In this document: in pieces, positions 37,702 through 45,338 of the stretch | Layout: every line of letters starts with the position of its first letter | How positions within the stretch are numbered: the stretch's first letter is position 1 | DNA from: Bacteroidota bacterium | GTDB taxonomy: Bacteria > Bacteroidota > Ignavibacteria > Ignavibacteriales > Melioribacteraceae | Direction: 5' to 3' | NCBI GenBank assembly: GCA_021812705.1 | Contig: JAKAMT010000001.1 | Span: 8,016-72,015 of the forward strand | Length of the DNA stretch: 64,000 nucleotides | Made by a program: the position numbers and the translations under genes | The notes under the pieces: model-generated | Told to the model about the DNA's origin: nothing | The model's database searches: none | The model's input: only the letters and a program-made list of their open reading frames with translations

Positions 37702-39489
37702 ATGACTGGGGATATTGAAAATCTAATTGAAACAATTAAACTAATACAGTCTCGAAACCAATTCAAAAATTATATCGATTATATTCAATTTCCTTTCTAT
37801 AGAAACTTGGAATTGGATCAAAGAATTAATTTTTCCTTTCCATTAACGGTTTTTGTTGGGCCAAATGGTAGCGGTAAAAGTTCAACTCTCCATGCAATAC
37901 AAGGATGCCCTGAAGGTTACACGCCGTACAAGTTCTGGTTTTCGACCGCACTCGACCCTGTAGTAGATGTTCTGGACAGTAGGAAATTGAGGCATTCATT
38001 TTTTTATGGATACAAAGATCCAACTGGAGTTGAATTACAGGTAGCTAAGGCGAGAATTAAAAGGAAGAATAATCCTAATTATTGGGAAACTAGCAGACCA
38101 TTGATCAGTTATGGAATGAATCCTCCACCAGAAGGCCGCGAAAGAAATGATCCGATTACAAAAAATGTTGTGCATATAGACTTTCGCTCTATATTAAGCG
38201 CCTTTGATAAGTATTTCTATTTTGAAACACCGTCACAAAATTTAGCTGCAAAAACAAAACAAGAATATTTGAGAACTAGATCTGAGCGTGTAAAAAAAAT
38301 ATTCAGTGGGGAACACAGAAGATACTTGGATAGAAACTCAAACGAATTTAACAGTCCGGTAGTCGAGCTAATTCCGACAGAATTAAGTGAAATAAGCAGA
38401 ATCCTTGGGAAAGAATATGTTGAGGGAAAAATATTAAGACATAGATTATTTCATAACTGGGGGGATTCCGTCTTGCTGAAAACAAATTTTCATACGTATT
38501 CAGAAGCTTTTGCGGGAAGCGGAGAAATGTCGGTTGTTATGCTTGTGAGATTGGTCCTACAGGCGGAAGAATATTCGCTGATAGTATTAGACGAACCTGA
38601 GGTATCTCTTCACCCGGGAGCTCAAACAAAACTAAAACTCTTTCTCTTAGATCAAATAAAAAAGAAAAAACACCAAATAGTTATTTCTACGCACTCCGCC
38701 TCCTTAATTGAAGGATTACCAAAAGAGGCCATTAAGGTTTTTTTCCAAAAAGAAGATTCTGGTAAATTTATCGTGAAAGAGAATATATCGCCGGAAGAAG
38801 CATTTTATTTTATTGGAAAACCTCTTGATGAAAAAACATTACTTGTTGTTGAAGATAAACTGGCCAAAAAAATAATTGACAAAGTACTTACAAAATTAGG
38901 TCCAGAAGTAAAAAATCGCTTTCAAGTCCAAGCAATACCTGGAGGGGCAGAGACAATTAGTAAACATTATATTCCCATTTATTGTAATACAAATAATGCT
39001 AGATGCTTTTTTTTGTTAGATGGAGATAAAAAGCGAGTTGAACATCTGTTCGAAACAGGGACTCTTCAAGCGCAAGATGAAAATGAAGCATTTCTAAGTC
39101 TAAAAATTAAAGAACAAACCGGCTGTGATATTAAATTTCTGGTGGATGGTAATACCGAGGGAGGAAATGTAGGCCAACGAATAACAATGATGATTGATTT
39201 TTTAAAGTATTATGGAGAACACGTAAGATATTTTCCACAGAAAACCCCCGAAGATATTATTTGGTATGATCAAGTTGTCGAGCAAAAATTAAACAAACAA
39301 GACTATGAACAAAATATTGATCAAATAAATTTATTAAGAACCAGTAAACAAAAAATATTTGAAACAGCAAAAATATTTTTTGGTGTTGATACCCAAATAG
39401 ATGCATTTGAAGATATGTTGATAAATGAGTGGATAAGGAAAGAAGACGAAAATTATGTAATTATTAAAAGCATAATTGAATTATTATAG
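37702..39489 (+). CDS. ABC-type ATPase fused to a TOPRIM-like C-terminal domain (OLD/PARIS-like putative nuclease)
   Basis: Walker A GPNGSGKS (K59), signature-like AGSGE, Walker B LIVLDEPE (D297/E298), H-loop ISTHS. The C-terminal LLVVEDKLA (E384) and FFLLDGD (D440, D442) lie 56 aa apart, which fits the TOPRIM E...DxD spacing. Confidence 0.7.
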   Translation: MTGDIENLIETIKLIQSRNQFKNYIDYIQFPFYRNLELDQRINFSFPLTVFVGPNGSGKSSTLHAIQGCPEGYTPYKFWFSTALDPVVDVLDSRKLRHSFFYGYKDPTGVELQVAKARIKRKNNPNYWETSRPLISYGMNPPPEGRERNDPITKNVVHIDFRSILSAFDKYFYFETPSQNLAAKTKQEYLRTRSERVKKIFSGEHRRYLDRNSNEFNSPVVELIPTELSEISRILGKEYVEGKILRHRLFHNWGDSVLLKTNFHTYSEAFAGSGEMSVVMLVRLVLQAEEYSLIVLDEPEVSLHPGAQTKLKLFLLDQIKKKKHQIVISTHSASLIEGLPKEAIKVFFQKEDSGKFIVKENISPEEAFYFIGKPLDEKTLLVVEDKLAKKIIDKVLTKLGPEVKNRFQVQAIPGGAETISKHYIPIYCNTNNARCFFLLDGDKKRVEHLFETGTLQAQDENEAFLSLKIKEQTGCDIKFLVDGNTEGGNVGQRITMMIDFLKYYGEHVRYFPQKTPEDIIWYDQVVEQKLNKQDYEQNIDQINLLRTSKQKIFETAKIFFGVDTQIDAFEDMLINEWIRKEDENYVIIKSIIELL

Positions 39490-39520
39490 AAATGTGATTA
39501 TAACGAAGGAGAAGTGATAA

Positions 39521-41167
39521 ATGTCCGAGTCGTTAAAAATGAGTTTTGATCCTGCTACGATTGAGCATTTAGGGGTTAAAATGTATTCTAAACTTCCTAA
39601 TGCAATCGCAGAGCTGATTGCGAACGCCTATGATGCAGACTCAACTGTAGTAAAGATAAAATTATATGACAAGGGCGAGAAAAAAATTGTAGTTGAGGAC
39701 AATGGCATAGGAATGACCTTTGATGAAGTTAATGATTACTTTTTACGAATTGGTAGAAATAGGAGAAAAGAGGGCCAAAGCCAAAGTCCAAGTGGTAAAA
39801 GAAAAGTGACTGGGAAAAAGGGATTGGGAAAACTATCTTTTTTTGGTATTGGTAACACAATAGAAGTTGAAACAATAAAAGAAAAGTCCGGTAAGAAAAT
39901 AACATTTAAATTGGATTGGGATGAGTTGTTATCAACAAAGGACAGAGACTATCAACCCAAATTCAGAATTTCAGATTGCCCAAAGAATTTGAAAGGGACT
40001 AATATTATTCTTAAAAATCTTCAAAGAAAAACTGATTTTGATAAGAATGAATTGGCGACAAGTATTTCGAAATTATTCAATCTTTTTGATAATAAATTTG
40101 CTGTTTATTTAAGTCGGAATGACGATTTACCATTACAGATAGATGAGAAATTAAAATATGAAAGCATTGAGATAGATTTTGAGTGGCAATATTCATCATT
40201 GATTGCTGGGTTCGATGTGCTGTATGAAAACAAAGAAAAAATAAATGGTAAGATTATTGCGTCTCCAAAACCGTTGAAGCCGGGATTGAGGGGAATTACA
40301 TTATTTGCAAATGGTCGGTTGGTAAATGCGCCTGAATTTTATGGAATTTCAGAGTCTAGCCATGGGTTTTCTTACTTTACTGGGTGGCTTGAAGTTGATT
40401 TTGTTGATGATTGGGAAGAGGATGTAATTTCAACACATCGTCAATCACTTAATTGGGATATTCCTAAGACTATGTTATTACAAGAATACTTGAAAAAACT
40501 AATGTCACATTTGGAAAGAGTATGGCGCGAGAAGAGAAAGGAAAAAAAGAAAAAAGAATTAAATTCAAAAACTAAGCTAAACGTGACTAATTGGTTAAAT
40601 CTGTTACCCAAAGAAATTAGGGCGAAAATGGAGCCCATTGTTGAGACAATAGACGAAAAAGCAGAATTATCAGACGAAGAAATTGCTAACACTGTTCAAA
40701 ATTTACATGAATTGATTCCTGAATACCCCAATTATCATTGGCGCCACCTCCATCAAGAAATTAGGGAGGCTTCAGAAAATGATTACAAGAACAAAGATTA
40801 TTACAGAGCGTTTTTAGAGGCCGCCAAAAGATATATTAATAAAACTCGAATTAAATCTGGGAATGAACAAATAAGTGAGTCGGGTATGATGGGGGATGTA
40901 TATGGAAGAGGCAAGGCGCTAAGTGTTACAAAAAAATATAAAAAGCCAAGAGGTGGGGATTTTTCGGAATCAACAAAATCTAATATCGAAGAAGGACAAA
41001 AATTTCTTTCAATGGGTATTGTAATGGGTGGTAGAAATCCAGTATCTCATGAAGAAATTCAAGACTTGAGAGAATCTGACTTGTTTTCAGAAAAAGACTG
41101 TTTAGATGGATTAAGCCTACTTTCACATTTAATGAAAAGATTAGAAAATTCAGAAAATAATGGCTGA
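39521..41167 (+). CDS. GHKL-superfamily (MORC-like HATPase) ATPase with C-terminal Hypoth_Ymh/TIGR02391-like domain
   Basis: N-box ELIANAYDAD (E31, N35, D38), G1 box VEDNGIGM (D60), G2 box GKKGLGKLSFFGIG. The C-terminal YYRAFLEAAKRYINK...GGRNPVSHEE matches my recollection of PF09509. RBS AAGGAG lies upstream. Confidence 0.7.
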   Translation: MSESLKMSFDPATIEHLGVKMYSKLPNAIAELIANAYDADSTVVKIKLYDKGEKKIVVEDNGIGMTFDEVNDYFLRIGRNRRKEGQSQSPSGKRKVTGKKGLGKLSFFGIGNTIEVETIKEKSGKKITFKLDWDELLSTKDRDYQPKFRISDCPKNLKGTNIILKNLQRKTDFDKNELATSISKLFNLFDNKFAVYLSRNDDLPLQIDEKLKYESIEIDFEWQYSSLIAGFDVLYENKEKINGKIIASPKPLKPGLRGITLFANGRLVNAPEFYGISESSHGFSYFTGWLEVDFVDDWEEDVISTHRQSLNWDIPKTMLLQEYLKKLMSHLERVWREKRKEKKKKELNSKTKLNVTNWLNLLPKEIRAKMEPIVETIDEKAELSDEEIANTVQNLHELIPEYPNYHWRHLHQEIREASENDYKNKDYYRAFLEAAKRYINKTRIKSGNEQISESGMMGDVYGRGKALSVTKKYKKPRGGDFSESTKSNIEEGQKFLSMGIVMGGRNPVSHEEIQDLRESDLFSEKDCLDGLSLLSHLMKRLENSENNG

Positions 41168-41576
41168 TATATATACAAAACAAAAGCGCTCTCTGATCAT
41201 GTCAAAAATTTCCGGTAAAAATACAAAACCGGAAATTACCATAAGAAAAATTGCCCATTCACTTGGCTACCGTTTCAGACTTCACAAAAAAGATTTACCA
41301 GGCAACCCGGATATGGTGTTCCCCAAATACAAAAAAATAATATTTGTTAACGGCTGCTTTTGGCACGGGCACAAAGACTGTACACGCTCAAAACTTCCAA
41401 CGACAAATAAAAAATTTTGGAAAGAAAAAATAGAATTAAATAAGAAAAGGGATGGAAAAAATTATAATCAACTGAAAAAAATGGACTGGAAATATTTGGT
41501 GATCTGGCAATGCCAGATAAGAGCTAAGTCGTTATCGAAACTCGAGAATAAAATTATTAAGTTTTTAGTCAACTAA
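41160..41576 (+). CDS. vsr: Very-short-patch repair endonuclease Vsr
   Basis: RSLIMSKI.GKNTKPE, LPGNPDMVF, and FVNGCFWHGH. 138 aa. 8-nt overlap with the preceding ORF. Confidence 0.92.
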   Translation: MADIYTKQKRSLIMSKISGKNTKPEITIRKIAHSLGYRFRLHKKDLPGNPDMVFPKYKKIIFVNGCFWHGHKDCTRSKLPTTNKKFWKEKIELNKKRDGKNYNQLKKMDWKYLVIWQCQIRAKSLSKLENKIIKFLVN

Positions 41577-41751
41577 TAACCTGCAACAATCTTTCCAAAG
41601 ATTACAGTCGTATTTTATCAAAGCCTCCATATTTATTAAGTTCATTATGTAAAAAGTATCTTTGCGGACGAGTTTGTTCTTTCGAGCTATTAATATTACG
41701 TTATTGATATATTAATTTATTTTTTTTATTAAAATAAATGGTAAATGAAAA

Positions 41752-42150
41752 ATGAAAAAAATGATTTTTGTCCTGGTAATTATATTTGTATCGGCCAATG
41801 TTCAAATGGCGCAGGAAAAGGGAACACAAACTGCAAAAAAACAGTTTCTGTATCTTCTCCGTTTAGACAAATCTATGTGGGAACAAAGCGCGTGGACGCC
41901 CGAAAAAAATAAAATTGTACTCGAGCATTTCTCCCGGCTTCAAAAAATGCTGGCAGACGGAATTCTGATAATCGGCGGCAGAACCCAGAATGAATTGGAC
42001 AAAACTTTCGGGATTGTTATTTATGAAGCGGGTTCATTTGAAGAAGCTAAGAAAATCGCAGAGGATGATCCTGCGGTAAAAGCGGGAATTATGACCGTTG
42101 AAGTTTTCCCTTATTCGGTGGCCTTATCTAAATGCGACCCGACTAAATAA
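41752..42150 (+). CDS. YciI-like protein with an N-terminal signal peptide
   Basis: Hydrophobic leader MKKMIFVLVIIFVSANVQMA, then H...L..L...G....GG and DDPAVKAGIMTVEVFPY, typical of YciI-related domains. Confidence 0.65.
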   Translation: MKKMIFVLVIIFVSANVQMAQEKGTQTAKKQFLYLLRLDKSMWEQSAWTPEKNKIVLEHFSRLQKMLADGILIIGGRTQNELDKTFGIVIYEAGSFEEAKKIAEDDPAVKAGIMTVEVFPYSVALSKCDPTK

Positions 42151-42159
42151 TATTGAATT

Positions 42160-42909
42160 ATGAATATTAAAAAATATCTGCAGAGAATCGGAATAGAAGA
42201 AGTTAAAGCTCCGTCACTTGAATTTTTAGCGGAACTTCAAAATGCCCACCTTCTAGCAATCCCCTTTGAAGATTTGGATATCCCGGATCGGGACAAAATA
42301 ATTCTGGATCTTGACAGAATTTACAAGAAAATAATTCCATCTAAGCGAGGTGGATTTTGCTACGAGCTGAACGGACTGTTTCATTGGCTGCTTACAAATC
42401 TGGGATTCAAAGTAGACATGCTTTCGGGACGCGTTTTTAATCACGAAAGAAAAGATCTCGGTCCCGAATTCGACCACCTGACGCTTCTGGTTCATCTCGA
42501 TAAAGATTTTTTGGTTGATGTGGGCTTCGGCGATTCATTCCGAACTCCGATTGAATTCCCGGAAGGATCAACCCGCGATGTAAGCGGACATTATAAAATT
42601 TTTACTGTGTCGGAATCGGAATATGATCTGATGAGAAAAGAAAATTACGAATGGAAGCTTCAATATAAATTCTCTTCTGTAACACGGGCATTTTCGGAAT
42701 TCGAAGATATGTGCAGGTACCAGCAGGAATACACCGGATCAATATTCCGCAACAGGATGGTCTGCACGGTTGCCACGCAAACGGGGAGAATAACGCTGAG
42801 CGATAAATCTTTGACGGTAACTGATAACGGCACAAAAACAAAAACGGAATTAAAAAACGAAGAAGAATTTTTATCCCAGCTGAAAAAATATTTCCGGATA
42901 GAATTATGA
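42160..42909 (+). CDS. Arylamine N-acetyltransferase (NAT family)
   Basis: Catalytic Cys context RGGFCYELNGLF, the H (…FDHLTLLV…) and the D (VDVGFGD) of the Cys-His-Asp triad. Confidence 0.85.
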   Translation: MNIKKYLQRIGIEEVKAPSLEFLAELQNAHLLAIPFEDLDIPDRDKIILDLDRIYKKIIPSKRGGFCYELNGLFHWLLTNLGFKVDMLSGRVFNHERKDLGPEFDHLTLLVHLDKDFLVDVGFGDSFRTPIEFPEGSTRDVSGHYKIFTVSESEYDLMRKENYEWKLQYKFSSVTRAFSEFEDMCRYQQEYTGSIFRNRMVCTVATQTGRITLSDKSLTVTDNGTKTKTELKNEEEFLSQLKKYFRIEL

Positions 42910-43343
42910 AAACAGTGTTCAGAAAAAAAGAATATTTTGTTTCAACGGATAAACGTATTCTTCAAATCAAAAAGATACATTCGTTTCTAACACGCGCCTA
43001 TTGGTCGGAAGGAATCTCTATTCAGAAAATTAAGAGGGCAATCAAAGGATCAATCTGTTTCGGCGTGTTTCATAAAACCGAACAGATCGGTTTCGCAAGG
43101 GTCGTCACAGATAAAGCCAGTATAGCTTACATCGCGGATCTGTTCATAATCGAAAACTATCGCGGTAAAAAACTCTCTGTATGGCTAATGAAATGCATTC
43201 TGTCTCATCCGGAGCTGAAAGACGTTAAAGCGTTTATGCTTGCAACCAAAGATGCTCACGGTCTTTATGCAAAGTTCGGTTTTGAGAAGCTGAAAGATCC
43301 GGATCGGTTTATGAGAATGCAGAATCCTCTATATAAAAAATAA
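42906..43343 (+). CDS. GNAT-family N-acetyltransferase
   Basis: IENYRGKKLSVWLM (R/Q-x-x-G-x-G/A-like acetyl-CoA loop) and C-terminal LYAKFGF. 4-nt overlap with the NAT gene. Confidence 0.8.
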   Translation: MKTVFRKKEYFVSTDKRILQIKKIHSFLTRAYWSEGISIQKIKRAIKGSICFGVFHKTEQIGFARVVTDKASIAYIADLFIIENYRGKKLSVWLMKCILSHPELKDVKAFMLATKDAHGLYAKFGFEKLKDPDRFMRMQNPLYKK

Positions 43344-43345
43344 AA

Positions 43346-43382
43346 GGGCCGTTCAAAAGTTTTCGGATTTTTGAAACAGCCC
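43346..43382. terminator. Long imperfect hairpin between convergent genes (bidirectional terminator candidate)
   Basis: GGGC (43346-43349) pairs with GCCC (43379-43382). An inner GTTCAAAA / TTTTGAAAC pairing has one bulge, and the loop is T-rich. Confidence 0.55.
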
Positions 43383-43403
43383 TATTAAAACATATTCCTA
43401 AAA

Positions 43404-45059
43404 TTATTTCATCATTGCGTCGCGCGCCGGTTTGAATTTAGAACCTTCAAACCAGTTCGGAAATTTATCCGTGTTGCTTAAATCGTATCCCGTTTCAAAA
43501 ATGATTTTCAGATCGTCTACCATCCCGTCGAATTTCCAGATAGCAGGATTGTATTCATCAGAGGGCTTGTGATAGTTTTCTTTAAGCCATTTGGCCGACT
43601 GATCCAATCCCCACTGTTTTCCGTGTTCTGCATTATCAACGCCCATAGCAAAGTAAAGAACGGGCACGCCTGCTTTTGCAAAGCTGAAATGATCGCTTCT
43701 GAAATAAGTTCCCTTCTCCGGAGTAGATTCCGGCGCAACATATCTTCCGTTTTCTTTAACAATTTTTTCGGCATAATCATCCAGACCGGAATCCTTGTAT
43801 CCGACTAACGTAATATCTTTTGTCCTGCCGAAAATATTCAGCGCGTCCATATTTATAACAGCCGCTGTTTTGTTTAGGGGGAAGATGGGATGTTTTGCAT
43901 AAAAGTCGCTTCCAAGAAGTCCGGCTTCCTCGCCGGTGACTGCAAGAAAAACGACGGAGCGTTTTTGAGTTTTAGGAAGCGAGGCAAATGCTTTTGCAAG
44001 CTGAAGAACGCCCGCAACCCCTGTTGCATTATCAAGCGCGCCATTTAAAATCGAATCGCCCTGCGTTACATTCGGTTTTACTCCAAAATGATCCCAGTGC
44101 GCTGTGTAAATTATATACTGATCCTTCAGTTCGCTTCCCGGCAGAACTCCTATCACATTATTCGATTTTGCATAAGCCAATCTGCTCTTGAACGAAACCG
44201 AAATTGAAGAAGAGAGGGGTACCGGTTTGAATCCTCTCTGTGAAGCGGATAATGCTGTTTTGTTGAAATCTATTCCCGACATTTCAAAAAGCTTCTGTGC
44301 GGTTTCCGTTGTTATCCAGCCGTTGAAAACACAATTCGAAAAGTTTTTATCGGGCGCATCCAGATAAACTCTCGTGCCCGTCCAACTGTTCTCCACAACC
44401 GACCATGGATATCCGGCCGCTTCGGTTTCGTGGACAATCAGAATTCCGGCCGCGCCCTGCTTTGCCGCCTCTTCAAATTTATATGTCCATCTTCCGTAAT
44501 AGGTCATCGATTTTCCGTTGAATAAATTTTTATCTCCTGTCGCAAATCCCGGATCGTTCACTAAAACGACTACCGTCTTCCCTTTTACATCGAGCCCCGC
44601 ATAATCATTCCAGTTGTATTCCGGCGCCACAATTCCATAGCCTGCAAAAATAAGCCCGGAGTTGTTCAGTGAAGAATTTTCGACAAAGCGTGTGGTGCCT
44701 ATAACAAAATCTTTTGGTACAGTCATTGGAAAGTTTTTCCCCTTATCACTAACAACAGCTTTAACGCTCTGTAAATCCGTCCCTATTTTAACAATCGAAA
44801 TTTCCTGAAGATAGCTTTTCCCGTTTCCCGGCAAGACTCCGATTTTTTTGAACTGTTCTTCGAGGTACTTAATGGTTTTTGCTTCACCATCCGTTCCGGG
44901 TGCGCGCCCCTTGAATTCGTCCGAAGCCAGAACAGAGATGTTGCTTTTTAAGTCTTCGGCCCTAATGGAATCAACTGCTTTTTGGATCTCTTTCTTGTCA
45001 CTGCACGAATTAAAAAGAATTAAAGAAATCAGCAAAACAAGCAACGACTTGTTTTTCAT
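43404..45059 (-). CDS. M28-family aminopeptidase with PA domain, lipoprotein
   Basis: Start trimmed to the ATG at 45059 (MKNKSLLVLLISLILFNSC lipobox). YTAHWDHFG, VTGEEAGLLGS, INMD, and a late RSDH. Confidence 0.85.
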   Translation of the reverse strand: MKNKSLLVLLISLILFNSCSDKKEIQKAVDSIRAEDLKSNISVLASDEFKGRAPGTDGEAKTIKYLEEQFKKIGVLPGNGKSYLQEISIVKIGTDLQSVKAVVSDKGKNFPMTVPKDFVIGTTRFVENSSLNNSGLIFAGYGIVAPEYNWNDYAGLDVKGKTVVVLVNDPGFATGDKNLFNGKSMTYYGRWTYKFEEAAKQGAAGILIVHETEAAGYPWSVVENSWTGTRVYLDAPDKNFSNCVFNGWITTETAQKLFEMSGIDFNKTALSASQRGFKPVPLSSSISVSFKSRLAYAKSNNVIGVLPGSELKDQYIIYTAHWDHFGVKPNVTQGDSILNGALDNATGVAGVLQLAKAFASLPKTQKRSVVFLAVTGEEAGLLGSDFYAKHPIFPLNKTAAVINMDALNIFGRTKDITLVGYKDSGLDDYAEKIVKENGRYVAPESTPEKGTYFRSDHFSFAKAGVPVLYFAMGVDNAEHGKQWGLDQSAKWLKENYHKPSDEYNPAIWKFDGMVDDLKIIFETGYDLSNTDKFPNWFEGSKFKPARDAMMK

Positions 45060-45182
45060 ATACTCTCCCATAATTTTTAAAATGTAAAGACCGCCGCTCA
45101 TTTAGACGCACATGAGCAAACTCATCACAAAATAATAAAATATTTTTATTGAATCGTTTTGCCGATTAAAATTTTGCGGAGG

Positions 45183-45204
45183 AGGCTTTTCGGCCGGAAA
45201 GCCT
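45183..45204. other. Hairpin inside a divergent intergenic region
   Basis: AGGCTTT (45183-45189) / AAAGCCT (45198-45204) stem with loop TCGGCCGG, which contains the palindrome CGGCCG. Confidence 0.4.
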
Positions 45205-45338
45205 TTGGGCGCAGATTAAGATAAATTGTTCAAAAAATAATTATCTTTAAAAGAGAGACTTGCGGGGAACAAATATTTATTCGCTAAGTAATGATACACC
45301 TCGCTGTATAATTTTTCTCCAAAAACAAAGAAGCAAAA

